From an uncultured Acidobacteriota bacterium (GTDB lineage: Bacteria; Acidobacteriota; Vicinamibacteria; Fen-336): a stretch of 64,000 nt of DNA. A program made the position numbers and the translations under genes. Where the stretch lies: the NCBI GenBank assembly GCA_963720545.1, contig OY970399.1, forward strand, positions 1,344,001-1,408,000, written 5' to 3'. Below are positions 9,176 through 18,955 of the stretch, in pieces. Every line of letters starts with the position of its first letter. Positions within the stretch are counted from its first letter, which is position 1. Under the pieces are notes generated by a model. It made no database searches. It was not told the origin of the DNA and saw only the letters and a program-made list of their open reading frames with translations.

Positions 9176-10616
9176 GCGCCCAGTAGACGAGGCCGGCGGC
9201 GAAGAAGCCGACGAACCAGGCGTACGCGTAGAGCGGTTGCAGCGCCGGCACCACCAGCCCGCCCCAGGCGAGCGCACAGCCGATCGCGGTCGCGGCAATG
9301 GCGATCCAGTTCCAGCCGCTGCTGTAGCGATACTCCCCTTCCGGCAGGTACAGGTCCTCGAGTGCCAGCTCGCGGCGCCGCACCAGCCAGTAGTCGGCGA
9401 TCAGCACGCCGGCGATCGAACCCAGGCCGCCGGAGTAGCCGAGCAGCCAGTTGAAGATGTAACCCGACGGGTCGGCCAGGAGCTTCCACGGCTGCATCAG
9501 GATGCCGACGACGCCGGTGATCAGGCCGCCGGTCTTGAAGCGGATGGCGCGCGGAAAGGCGTTCGCGAAGTCGTTGGCGGGCGAAACAACGTTGGCGGCG
9601 ATATTGACCGCCAGGGTCGCGACCACCGCGGTGAACATCGACACGGCGACCACGACCGGCGAGCTGAAGTTCGAGACCAGCTCGATCGGATCCCAAATCG
9701 CATGGCCGTAGATGATGACGGTCGCGCTCGTGATCAGCACGCCCATGGCCGCGAACACCGACATGGTGGTGGGCAGCGCCGCCACCTGGCCCAGCGCCTG
9801 TTCGCGCTGGCTGCGCCCGAAGCGGGTGAAGTCCGGCATGTTGAGCGACAGCGTCGCCCAGTAACCGATCATCGCGGTGAGCGACGGGATGAAGACCGGG
9901 AAGAACTCGCGGAACGTCGGGAACTTCCCCGGCTGCGCGAGCAGCGGGCCGAGGCCGTCGGCCTTGCGCACCGCCCACACCAGCAGCACCGCGGTCATCA
10001 CCAGCACGAACGGCGCGGCCCAGTTCTCGACCCGCCGCAGCAGGTCCATGCCGCTGTAGATGATCGCGATGTTCATGCCCCAGAAGAGCAGGAAGCACAG
10101 CCAGGCGGTGGTGCTGTGCCCGGCCCAGCCGGGGCCGAGCAGGCCGCGCCAACCGGGGATCAGGGTCGCGAACAGGGTGTGCAGCGCCTCGCCGCCGATC
10201 CACGCCTGGATGCCGAACCAGCCGCACGCCACCAGCGCCCGCATCAGCGCCGGCACGTTCGAGCCGATGGTGCCGTAAGCGGCGCGGGCGAAGACCGGGA
10301 ACGGGATGCCGTATTTGGTGCCGGGGTGCGAGTTGAGCAGGATCGGCGCCAGCACGATTGTGTTGCCCAGCAGGATGGTGAAGAGCGCCTGCGCCCAGCT
10401 CATGCCGGCGGCCATCAGCCCCGAGGCCAGCATGTAGGTCGGTATGCAGTGCGCCATGCTGACCCAGAGCGCCGCGTAGTTGTACGTGCTCCAGTTGCGG
10501 TCGCGCATCGGCACGGGCGCGAGGTCGAGGTTCGCGAGCGAGCTGGCTTCGATGCGGCCGGTGTCGCGCAGCTCGACGCGGCCGTCGGCGTGCCGGATTT
10601 CGTTGGCCGATGCCAT
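9114..10616 (-). CDS. NCS1 nucleobase:cation symporter-1 (allantoin/hydantoin/uracil-type)
   Basis: About 12 TM segments; N.DLAP...RNW, GTKYGIPFPV..RA.YG, CGWFGIQ, YWATLSLNMPDFTR, NIAANVVSPA. Confidence 0.92.
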   Translation of the reverse strand: MASANEIRHADGRVELRDTGRIEASSLANLDLAPVPMRDRNWSTYNYAALWVSMAHCIPTYMLASGLMAAGMSWAQALFTILLGNTIVLAPILLNSHPGTKYGIPFPVFARAAYGTIGSNVPALMRALVACGWFGIQAWIGGEALHTLFATLIPGWRGLLGPGWAGHSTTAWLCFLLFWGMNIAIIYSGMDLLRRVENWAAPFVLVMTAVLLVWAVRKADGLGPLLAQPGKFPTFREFFPVFIPSLTAMIGYWATLSLNMPDFTRFGRSQREQALGQVAALPTTMSVFAAMGVLITSATVIIYGHAIWDPIELVSNFSSPVVVAVSMFTAVVATLAVNIAANVVSPANDFANAFPRAIRFKTGGLITGVVGILMQPWKLLADPSGYIFNWLLGYSGGLGSIAGVLIADYWLVRRRELALEDLYLPEGEYRYSSGWNWIAIAATAIGCALAWGGLVVPALQPLYAYAWFVGFFAAGLVYWALMTAARRPSADGRPSAAGRP

Positions 10617-10638
10617 CAGGCGCGGATGTTAGCAGCGG

Positions 10639-10670
10639 CAAAAAGAAAGGGGCCCGGAGGCCCCCTTTGG
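10639..10670 (-). terminator. Rho-independent terminator downstream of the TonB-dependent receptor
   Basis: Minus strand AAAGGGGGCC-TCCG-GGCCCCTTT followed by CTTTTT. Confidence 0.7.
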
Positions 10671-10706
10671 TCTTGCTTACCAAAGGCCGCTATCGCGGCC
10701 GTCGGG

Positions 10707-13703
10707 TTAGAAGCTGAGGCGCGCGCCCAGGAAGAAGCGGCGCGGCTCGCGGAACACCAGGCCCGAGCCGAACGAGGTGCCGCCGGCGCCGGCCACGAGA
10801 TCCTGGTTGCGGATCGCGTTCTGGTTGTCGAGCACGTTGAAGATGTCCACGAACAGCTCGGCCTTCGCCTGGCCGACGTTGCGGACATACTCGACGCGGA
10901 AGTCGGCGGTGAACGCCGACGGGTTGGTGAGCGCGCCCACCGCGTTCGGCTGGACCCAGCGCTCGAGAATGCCGGCGTATTCGAAGGCATCAGCGGTCGC
11001 CACGCGGATCGGCAGGTTGCGGCCCGACGACGACGCGGTGCGGCTCGCGAGCGTGCCCGAGTTCCAGCGCAGCGTGGCGCCGAACTGCAGCCCCATCGGC
11101 AGTTGATAGGACCCCGACGCGTTCAGCAGGTGGTGGATGGTGCCGGGCTGAGGCCCGTAGACGTTGGGAGCGCGCGGGTCGAGCCAGATCACGTCGCCCT
11201 GGAAGTCGGCGTTCGAATCCGAGTTCGAGTTGCCCTTGAAGTCGTTCCACGAGTACCACAGGAGCGCCTGCCAGCGGTCGGCGAAGCGGCGGTTGAACAC
11301 CAGGTCGATGCCCTGGTAGTCGCGGGCGCTGCCGGCCAGCGTGCCGATGAAGAAGTTGGCGACGCCCGGCAGGCCGCTCGCGGGGAAGCCGAAGCTCTCG
11401 TAGGGCAGGAACAGCGAGTTGGGATCGTCGACCGGCCCCGGATAGAGAGCAGGCACGCTGTAGAGGCCCGGATCGTAGTCCTCGAGGATGTTGCGGGTCC
11501 AGCGCTTGGAGTACGCGGCGCTGAAGCGCATGTTGCGGCCGAGGTCGATCGCGTAGTCGAACTTCAGGTCGTCGGTGTAGGGCGTCTTGGTGGCCGGAGC
11601 GAAGATCGCGTCGAGGCTGGCGCCGCCGCGGGTGCGGTAGTTGACCCACTGGCCCAGGATGAAGACCTGCTGCTCCTGGGTGCGGCCGCTGTGCGAGCCG
11701 GCGAAGTTCGTCATGTTGTTGCGGATCGGATCGAAGTAGCGCCCGAAGTACGCAGAGATGCGCTGCTTGCCGTCGCCCTTCAGGTCGTACGCAGCGCTGA
11801 TGCGCGGCGCGATCGTCCAGTCGAACGCGTAGATCGACTCGCCGAGGGTGTCGAAGTGCTTCCACTGCTCGGCGCGCGCGCCGGCGTTCACCGTGAGGTT
11901 GCCGAAGGTGGCGGTGTCCTGCACGAAGAACGTCAGGCCCTTCGACTTGGTGACCTGCGGGCCGTCCGCGACCTGCGCGATGCGGTAGTAGTTCACCTTG
12001 CCGTCGGGGTTGCCGGCGGTGCTGTTGAATACCAGCGCCTGGCCCAGCTCGAGCGCGCTGATGGTGCCGTCATGGTTGAGGTCGAAGGCACCGTAGAACG
12101 CGGCGCGGTTCGGCAGGCCGTTGATGGTGGTGATCAGCCCGTTGAAGTCTGACGGGTTGGTGACGTCGAACTGCAGCGAGGTGATGTCGTTGGCGTCGGC
12201 AATCTGCTGCGCGGTGAAGCCGCTCAGCGAACCGGGGTTGAGCGAGGTGTAGTTCGCCTTGGTGTCGCCGATCGTCAGCGAGTTGCGGAAGTTCTCGTTG
12301 GTCGCGTACTCGGCGCCCACCTTGATGGTGTGCGCGGCCATGTTCCACTGCAGGTTGGCGTGGGCGATGCGGGTGTCGCGCTGGTCGACGAGGATGTTGC
12401 CCCAGCCGCCGAGATCCTGGTCGGCCTGGGTGCGCACGTCGCTGGTGCGGAACACCACGGTGTTGTGGCCTGCGTCGATCACCGATTCGTCGGTCACCTC
12501 GCCGTTGTGCTTGGCGTAACCCACTTCGAACGCGGCGCCGCCGAAGACGCGCGTGTAGAGGCCGTTGTAGCGGTTGCCGCCCTGGGTGCGGGCGCGGTCG
12601 TTGGAGTTGGGAATGGTCGCTTCACGCCGGCCGGAAACGTTCGTTGGGTCGTTCATGAAGGTGAACGAGAGCGTGTCGTTGTTGGACGGCGACCAGGTGC
12701 CCTTGCCGTACCACTGCTTGTCCTTGCGCTTGACGTCGCGCAGGAACACCTGCGTGTCCTGCGAGACGATCTGCTCGTCGCGGTTGACGCGGCGGTAGCT
12801 GCCGAACGCCCACAGCTTGTCCTTCACCACCGGGCCGCCGAGGGTGGCGGCGTAGTCGTAGGTGCTGAAGGTCGAGTTCGCGAGGTGCTCGTTGTCGCCC
12901 ACCAGGCCGTCGTTCTGGCGGAAGTAGTTGACCGAGCCGCGCCAGGTGTTGCTGCCCGACTTGGTGACCACGTTCGAGAGGATGCCGGGGGTGCCGACGA
13001 ACTCGGCGGGGATGCCGCCGGTGATCGCCTTCAGCTCCTGGATGACCTCGGTGTTCATGTTGGCGCCGAAGGTGCCGGTGACCGGGTCGGTGACGTTGAT
13101 GCCGTCGAGGTAGTAGGCGTTGTCCGACGACTGGCCGATGTCGCCGCGGATGTCGGAGTAGTTGATGCCGGACTTCGACGCCGGGTTGCCGGGCGCCGTC
13201 GGATCGGAAGGCGAAACGCCGGGCACGAGCTCGAGGTAGCCTTGGTAGGTGCGGCTCGTGGGCAGCGACTCGGTCAGCTCGAGCGTGATGTCCTGGCCGG
13301 CGATGGCGCTCTTGGTGTCGACGAGCGGCGAGTCGGCGGTGACGGTGACTTCTTCCGTGGCGGAGGCGACCCCGAGGCCGACGCGCATGGCCGTCGTCTG
13401 GCCGGAGCTGACCAGGATGCGCTCGTTCTTGGCGGTGTTGAAGCCGGCAAGCTGGGTGGTTACGACGTACTCCGGCGAGGGCGAGAGGTTCAGGAACGTC
13501 ACCTCGCCCTGGGAGTTCGTCACGCCGGACTTCTTCGAGGTCGTGTTCCCGGCTTCGATCGTCACGCTCGCGCCCGGAAGCCTGCTGCCGTCGGTCGCTT
13601 CCACGACCACGGTGACGGTTCCGGTCGTCGATACCTGGGCCGAGGTCAGGCTCGCAACGAGGCTGAGCACTGCGGCCAGGGCCAAACTGAGACGCCTGTT
13701 CAT
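10707..13703 (-). CDS. Oar-like TonB-dependent receptor with N-terminal carboxypeptidase-regulatory-like domain
   Basis: RBS GGAGG; signal peptide; LPGASVT, plug motifs DGINVTDP and NVVTKSGSN; C-terminal 'PRRFFLGARLSF' OMP signature. Confidence 0.92.
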   Translation of the reverse strand: MNRRLSLALAAVLSLVASLTSAQVSTTGTVTVVVEATDGSRLPGASVTIEAGNTTSKKSGVTNSQGEVTFLNLSPSPEYVVTTQLAGFNTAKNERILVSSGQTTAMRVGLGVASATEEVTVTADSPLVDTKSAIAGQDITLELTESLPTSRTYQGYLELVPGVSPSDPTAPGNPASKSGINYSDIRGDIGQSSDNAYYLDGINVTDPVTGTFGANMNTEVIQELKAITGGIPAEFVGTPGILSNVVTKSGSNTWRGSVNYFRQNDGLVGDNEHLANSTFSTYDYAATLGGPVVKDKLWAFGSYRRVNRDEQIVSQDTQVFLRDVKRKDKQWYGKGTWSPSNNDTLSFTFMNDPTNVSGRREATIPNSNDRARTQGGNRYNGLYTRVFGGAAFEVGYAKHNGEVTDESVIDAGHNTVVFRTSDVRTQADQDLGGWGNILVDQRDTRIAHANLQWNMAAHTIKVGAEYATNENFRNSLTIGDTKANYTSLNPGSLSGFTAQQIADANDITSLQFDVTNPSDFNGLITTINGLPNRAAFYGAFDLNHDGTISALELGQALVFNSTAGNPDGKVNYYRIAQVADGPQVTKSKGLTFFVQDTATFGNLTVNAGARAEQWKHFDTLGESIYAFDWTIAPRISAAYDLKGDGKQRISAYFGRYFDPIRNNMTNFAGSHSGRTQEQQVFILGQWVNYRTRGGASLDAIFAPATKTPYTDDLKFDYAIDLGRNMRFSAAYSKRWTRNILEDYDPGLYSVPALYPGPVDDPNSLFLPYESFGFPASGLPGVANFFIGTLAGSARDYQGIDLVFNRRFADRWQALLWYSWNDFKGNSNSDSNADFQGDVIWLDPRAPNVYGPQPGTIHHLLNASGSYQLPMGLQFGATLRWNSGTLASRTASSSGRNLPIRVATADAFEYAGILERWVQPNAVGALTNPSAFTADFRVEYVRNVGQAKAELFVDIFNVLDNQNAIRNQDLVAGAGGTSFGSGLVFREPRRFFLGARLSF

Positions 13704-13741
13704 TCTTCCTCCCAAATGAGGTGGTTTAGGGAGAAGGAAGT

Positions 13742-13758
13742 AGCAAACCGGATGCCTA
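13742..13758 (-). promoter_or_regulatory. Sigma54 -24/-12 promoter candidate for the TBDR
   Basis: Minus strand TAGGCATCCGGTTTGCT, exact GG-N10-GC, in an AT-rich intergenic region. Confidence 0.6.
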
Positions 13759-13890
13759 TATTTTGATTATGTTCATTTCGTTGCAACCAATTCAGATGCA
13801 ACTACTTAATGGTTCGTCCCGGCCTCCGCGTTTACATTATTATTCAAATCGTTGAACCACAGCGCGTTCAATTATTTGTCTTATGGGCGC

Positions 13891-15675
13891 TCAAGAAGCC
13901 GTTGCGAGGCGAGGCGGAGGCGGCGCCAAAGGCTCCCGGCGCTCCCCCACCTGCTGGCGCCACATGGCGTAATAAAGACCCTTGTGGTCCAGCAGCTCGT
14001 CATGAGTCCCGGCTTCGACGATGGCGCCCTTCTCGAGCACGTGGATGCGGTCGGCGTGCATGACGGTCGAGAGGCGGTGGGCGATGAGGATCGTCATTAT
14101 GTCGCCAGCGGTGGCGACGTCGCGGATGGTGCGCGCGATCTCGTCCTCGGTGATCGAGTCGAGCGACGAGGTCGCCTCGTCGAACACCAGCAGGCGCGGC
14201 CGGCGCAGCAGCGCGCGCGCGATCGACAGCCGCTGCTTCTCGCCGCCCGACACCTTGACGCCGCCCTCGCCGATGAGCGTGTCGAGCCCCTTGTCGGCGC
14301 GCTGCAGCAGGCTGTCGCAGGCCGCCTTGTGCAGCACCTCGAGGCATTCCGCATCGCTCGCTTCGGGACGCACGAACAGCAGGTTCTCGCGGATGGTGCC
14401 GGCGAACAGCTGCGTGTCCTGGGTGACGAAGCCGATCTGCTCGCGCAGGTCGTCGCGGTCGATGACGTCGTGGGCGTGGCCGTCGTAGAGGATGCGCCCC
14501 GACTGCGGGCGATACAGCCCCACCAGCAGCTTGACGAGCGTCGTCTTGCCCGAGCCCGACGGGCCGACGAACGCCACGGTGTCGCCGCGTTCCACCTTGA
14601 AGGAGATGTCGCGCAATGCCGGCGCCGATGCCGTCTGGTGGGTGAAGCCGACCTTCTCGAAGGCGAGCGTGCGCAGCGGGCCGAGCGCCACCGGACGCTC
14701 GGGCCGGGGCTCGAGCGGCGTCTTGAGGATGTCGGCGAAAACCCCGAGTGACACTTCGGCTTCGCGGTACACGTTGATGATGTTGCCGAGTTCCTGCAGC
14801 GGCCCGAAGATGAAGAACGAGTAGATCCACAGCGAGAAGAACTGGCCGACCGTGATCTCGCGCGCGAAGATCAGGTAAAGCATCAGGAACAGGAGCGTGG
14901 TGCGCAGCGCGTTCACGGCGGTGCCCTGGATGAAGCTGAGGCTGCGCAGGTACTTCACCTTGCGCAGCTCGAGGCCGAGGATCCTGACGGTGGTGCGGTT
15001 GAGGCGCTCGACTTCCTGGTCGGCAAGGCCGAGGCTCTTCACGAGCTCGATGTTGCGCAGCGACTCGGTGGTGGAGCCGGCGAGCGCCGTGGTTTCCGCC
15101 ACGATCACCTTCTGCACGGTCTTGATCTTGCGCGACAGCACCGAGCTGATGACGCCGAGGATCGGCACCGTCAGCAGGAACGCCGGTGCGATCACCCAGT
15201 GCACGGTGAACGCGTAGATGATGACGAAGGTGACGCCGACCAGCGTCGTGAACAGCACGTTGACGGCGGCGGTGATGAGCTTCTCGACGTCGGCGCGCAC
15301 CTTCTGCAACCGGCCGAGCGTCTCGCCGCTGCGCTGGTCCTCGAAGACTGCATACGGCATGCCGAGCGAGTGGCGGATGCCGTCCGAATAGATCTGCGCG
15401 CCCAGCCGCTGCACGATGACGTTGATGTAATAGTCCTGGAAGTTCTTCGCCACGCGCGAGACGAACGCGACGCCCACGGAGGCCAGCAGCAGCATGCCGA
15501 CGCCGCGGAAGAACTGCGCCGTCGTGTACTGGTCGAAGCGCGTGGCGTAGCGGTCGATGACGTGGCGGAAGATCAGCGGGTCGAGGAGTGAAAACACCTG
15601 GTTGATGGCGGCGAGCGCCAGCGCCAGCAGCACCAGGCCGGAGTAGCGCCGCAGGTAAGCGAGCAGCAGCTTCAA
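13891..15675 (-). CDS. ABC exporter, fused permease/ATP-binding (MsbA-like)
   Basis: N-terminal TM domain; Walker A GPSGSGKT; signature VSGGEKQR; FDEATSSLD; AHRLST. Confidence 0.95.
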   Translation of the reverse strand: MKLLLAYLRRYSGLVLLALALAAINQVFSLLDPLIFRHVIDRYATRFDQYTTAQFFRGVGMLLLASVGVAFVSRVAKNFQDYYINVIVQRLGAQIYSDGIRHSLGMPYAVFEDQRSGETLGRLQKVRADVEKLITAAVNVLFTTLVGVTFVIIYAFTVHWVIAPAFLLTVPILGVISSVLSRKIKTVQKVIVAETTALAGSTTESLRNIELVKSLGLADQEVERLNRTTVRILGLELRKVKYLRSLSFIQGTAVNALRTTLLFLMLYLIFAREITVGQFFSLWIYSFFIFGPLQELGNIINVYREAEVSLGVFADILKTPLEPRPERPVALGPLRTLAFEKVGFTHQTASAPALRDISFKVERGDTVAFVGPSGSGKTTLVKLLVGLYRPQSGRILYDGHAHDVIDRDDLREQIGFVTQDTQLFAGTIRENLLFVRPEASDAECLEVLHKAACDSLLQRADKGLDTLIGEGGVKVSGGEKQRLSIARALLRRPRLLVFDEATSSLDSITEDEIARTIRDVATAGDIMTILIAHRLSTVMHADRIHVLEKGAIVEAGTHDELLDHKGLYYAMWRQQVGERREPLAPPPPRLATAS

Positions 15676-15685
15676 GCTTGTTCAG

Positions 15686-15964
15686 TCACTCCGTTACTTC
15701 TTTGGGCAGGGTCACGCCCCCGCCCTCGCTGTCGTCGAAGAAGAACGCTTCCATCTGCTTCATCAGGAAGCGCCGGTGCTCCGGGTTCGCCATGGTCAGC
15801 CCGTGATGGTTCATGAGGATCGTTGCCTGCTGCGGCCACAGGGCATACGCCTGCTGCGAGACGTGCTCGAAGATGCGCTCGCCGAGGGCGCCGGCAAAGG
15901 GCGGCGCCGCGAGACCCGGCAGTTCGGCGTGCAGCTTGACGCAGTTGACGAGTCGCTCGGCCAT
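15686..15964 (-). CDS. yggX: Fe(II)-trafficking / oxidative damage protection protein
   Basis: VNCVKL...GL..PPF.G.LGERIFEHVSQQA...W...ATILMN...L.M.NPEHRRFL..QME.FFF matches the YggX pattern. Confidence 0.85.
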   Translation of the reverse strand: MAERLVNCVKLHAELPGLAAPPFAGALGERIFEHVSQQAYALWPQQATILMNHHGLTMANPEHRRFLMKQMEAFFFDDSEGGGVTLPKEVTE

Positions 15965-15987
15965 GGGTTCGTCCATGGTACCGCGAT

Positions 15988-17298
15988 CTACTTGTGACTG
16001 ACGTAGCCGAGCGCCCGCAGCCGCTCCGCGATCGCTTCATCGGCTTTCATGTGCCGCGGCGCATTCATGCGCGCCGCCACTTCCACGTCCGGTGCGATCA
16101 GGTCTTCCATCGCCGCCGCCAGCTGCTTCGCCGCAGCCCGGTCGGGCAGCGGCTGCTGCTGGCGCGGGTCGAGCGCCGAATCGTAGAGCGACTTCCACAG
16201 CCGCTTGCGGTGCACCACCACCAGACGCGACCCCTGCCGGAAGCCGCCTTCCGTCTTCGATTCGGTATAGAGCACGGGCTCGGACTTGCCCCAGGCGGCA
16301 AGCGGCCGCCCGCGCGCCTCCTTCGGCACCGCGGCTCCCGCCCAGTCGAGCACCAGGCGGTTGGCATCCACGTGGCTCACCGGTTCGTCGTGGATGCCCG
16401 GTGCGACGCCGGGCCCCTTCACGACGAAGGCGACCCTCGCAAGCTCGTCGAAGACTGTGGTGCCATGGCCCAGTTTGCCGTGCTCGCGGAACTCCTCGCC
16501 GTGATCGGACACGAGCACCACGCTGCGCCTGCGAGCGCCGCCCGATTCCCACGCCGGGATCACCTCCGCGAGGATCTGGTCCATCGAGCGAATCGCGCCG
16601 TCGTACTGCGAGATGCTCCAGGTGAGGTCGCGCTGCGTCACGCCCACGGCCCAGTTGGCGTAGACCAGCTGGCCGCGCGGCACGGGGAACGCGGTGTTCC
16701 ACGGCGCCGGCGGCAAGTAGGGGCTGTGCACGTCCATGAGGTGCAGGTAGACGAACAGCGGGCGGCGCTCGGCCGGCTGCCGTGCCGCAAGCTTCGCGAA
16801 CAGGGCGTCGCGCAGAGTGCGGCCGTCATCGCTCTGCGTCAGAAGGTAGTGCTCGAAGCCCTGGGTGAATCCGTAGACCTCGGAGATGTGCGGGTTGGCG
16901 CTGAAGCCCCAGGTCTCGTAGCCGGCGGCGTGCAGCGACTCGCCCCAGGTGGTGAAGCCTTCGGCGAGCGCGTCGGTCGCGCCCTGGTCGGGGGTGAGGT
17001 TCACCTCGCGCACGCGGTGCGCGGTCGGCAGCACGCCGGTGAACAGCGACGCCATCGAGATGCGCGTGTGCGTGCCCTGGGTATAGGCGTTTCGGTACAA
17101 GCCAGCGCCGCGCGACCAGCGATCGATGAAGGGGCTCGTGTCGCGCGCGTAGCCCCAGCGCCCCAGGTGGTCGGGGCGCAGCGAGTCCACCACCACCACG
17201 AGAATATCGGGAGCGTCCTTGCCAGCGCGCTGTCCCTTGCCGGTGCAGGCGGCGAGTGCGGCCGCCGCGAGCACCAAGCTGGCCGCGGCCGCCTTCAC
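15988..17298 (-). CDS. Sulfatase-like hydrolase/transferase, lipoprotein
   Basis: GTG start overlapping the upstream TGA; lipobox LAAC; VVDSLRPDHL, SMASLFTG, HLMDVHSPY, SDHGEEF, GHG. Confidence 0.85.
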   Translation of the reverse strand: MKAAAASLVLAAAALAACTGKGQRAGKDAPDILVVVVDSLRPDHLGRWGYARDTSPFIDRWSRGAGLYRNAYTQGTHTRISMASLFTGVLPTAHRVREVNLTPDQGATDALAEGFTTWGESLHAAGYETWGFSANPHISEVYGFTQGFEHYLLTQSDDGRTLRDALFAKLAARQPAERRPLFVYLHLMDVHSPYLPPAPWNTAFPVPRGQLVYANWAVGVTQRDLTWSISQYDGAIRSMDQILAEVIPAWESGGARRRSVVLVSDHGEEFREHGKLGHGTTVFDELARVAFVVKGPGVAPGIHDEPVSHVDANRLVLDWAGAAVPKEARGRPLAAWGKSEPVLYTESKTEGGFRQGSRLVVVHRKRLWKSLYDSALDPRQQQPLPDRAAAKQLAAAMEDLIAPDVEVAARMNAPRHMKADEAIAERLRALGYVSHK

Positions 17299-17783
17299 GC
17301 GAGCGGCTCGAAGAAGCCCGCGTCGCGGTTCTTGCGCACGTTGTCCCAGGGAAAGCAGCGGCCGTTCATCGCGACGTAGACGCCGTGCGGCAGCACCTGT
17401 GCGAACGACAGCGCGCTGCCGAGGTTGAAGAGCCCGTCGGAGCTGCCGAAGGCGAACGGGATCATCGCGCCGGTGAGCACCACGGTCTTGCCCTGCAGCG
17501 CCTCGCCCAGCACGCGGGCGGTCTCGGCAATCGTGTCGGTGCCGTGGGTGATGACGATCTGCTCCTCGGGCGACTGCCGGCACTGGTCGAGGATCATCTG
17601 ACGGTCGGCGGCGGTCATCTCGAGGCTGTCCACCATCATCACCGTGCGCACCTGGATGTCGAGGCGGCAGCGCCCGAGGCGCAGCATCTCGGCGATGTGG
17701 CTGTCGCGGAAGAACAGCTGGCCGGTGCGTTCGTCGTACACCTTGTCGAAGGTGCCGCCGGTGACGAGCAGGCGAATCGCCAT
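17295..17783 (-). CDS. Short (N-terminal domain only) asparaginase-family protein
   Basis: TGGT, DSLEM, THGTDT and LTGAM motifs. Confidence 0.88.
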   Translation of the reverse strand: MAIRLLVTGGTFDKVYDERTGQLFFRDSHIAEMLRLGRCRLDIQVRTVMMVDSLEMTAADRQMILDQCRQSPEEQIVITHGTDTIAETARVLGEALQGKTVVLTGAMIPFAFGSSDGLFNLGSALSFAQVLPHGVYVAMNGRCFPWDNVRKNRDAGFFEPLA

Positions 17784-17812
17784 GGTTTTCGAAACGGTAG
17801 CATGGCGTAGCG

Positions 17813-18880
17813 ATGCCGCCGAACGAGCCGCGCGCCGAAATCGTCAAGCGCCTGGCGCTTCGGGCGGGCTTCGACCTCGTGGGCATCGCCTCGGCCGCGC
17901 CGCCTCGGCACCTCGACGCGTTCCTGCCGTGGCTCGAGCAGGGCCGCGGCGCCGACCTCCACTACCTGCACGACCAGCGCGCGCAGCGCGCCGACCTGCG
18001 CACGGCTTTTCCGTGGGCGCGCAGCATCGTGTGCGTCGGCCTGCAATACGACACGCCGCATCCCTACTCCACCTTCACCGCACCGCCGGAGGGCACCGGC
18101 TGGATCGCGCGCTACGCCTGGGGCGACGACTACCACGACGTGGTGAAGGCGCTGCTCGAGGCGTTTCGCAGAAGCTGTCACGAGGAACTCGGCGGGTTCG
18201 AGTCGCGCGTCTATGTGGACACCGGCCCGATCGTCGAGCGCGCCTACGCCGCGGCCGCGGGGCTCGGCGCGTGGGGCCGCAACACGTGTCTCCTTCACCC
18301 CGAGCACGGCTCGTGGTTTTTCCTCGGCGAGATGGTCACCGACCTCGATCTCGTAGCCGACGCCCCGCGCGCCGACATGTGCGGCAGCTGCACCGCGTGC
18401 CTCGACGCCTGCCCCACCGGCGCGCTGCCCGAGCCGTACGTCCTCGACACCTCGCGCTGCATCAGCTACCTGACGATCGAGCGCCGTGGCGAGATTCCCG
18501 AGGCGTTGCGCGCGGACATGGGCGCGCAGGTGTTCGGCTGCGATATCTGCCAGGACGTGTGCCCCTGGAACCGCCGCCGCCGCAAGCGCGGCGGCGACGC
18601 GTTCGAACCGCGCCCGGGAGCGGTCGCGCCCGACCTCGCCGCACTCGCGGCGCTCGACGAGGCTGGCTTTCGCGAACGCTTCCGCCGCAGCCCGGTCAAG
18701 CGCGCCAGGCGCCGCGGCCTGCTGCGCAACGTGGCAATCGCCCTCGGCAACTCCGGGAACGCCGCACACCGGCCGGTTCTTGAAAGGCTCTGCAAGGACG
18801 AGGACGCGGTCGTCAGCGAGCACGCGAAATGGGCCCTGTCACGCCTCGCCGGCGCGCTCGCGGAGCGTCGACGCGATTGA
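17813..18880 (+). CDS. queG: tRNA epoxyqueuosine(34) reductase
   Basis: ARYAWGDDYH, VDTGPIVER, CGSCTACLDACPT, RCISYLTIE, FGCDICQDVCPWN; HEAT-like C-terminus. Confidence 0.95.
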   Translation: MPPNEPRAEIVKRLALRAGFDLVGIASAAPPRHLDAFLPWLEQGRGADLHYLHDQRAQRADLRTAFPWARSIVCVGLQYDTPHPYSTFTAPPEGTGWIARYAWGDDYHDVVKALLEAFRRSCHEELGGFESRVYVDTGPIVERAYAAAAGLGAWGRNTCLLHPEHGSWFFLGEMVTDLDLVADAPRADMCGSCTACLDACPTGALPEPYVLDTSRCISYLTIERRGEIPEALRADMGAQVFGCDICQDVCPWNRRRRKRGGDAFEPRPGAVAPDLAALAALDEAGFRERFRRSPVKRARRRGLLRNVAIALGNSGNAAHRPVLERLCKDEDAVVSEHAKWALSRLAGALAERRRD

Positions 18881-18955
18881 AGTCCAGACCTTGGGCCGCG
18901 CCGTGCTGCGCCGGCTGTTGCAATACGTGCGCGCGTGTCAGTATCGTTTCCCCGA

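Noticed and set aside
15988..17886. 632-aa ORF as an asparaginase-sulfatase fusion
   Set aside because: The asparaginase is in a different frame with its own stop; the sulfatase starts at GTG17298.
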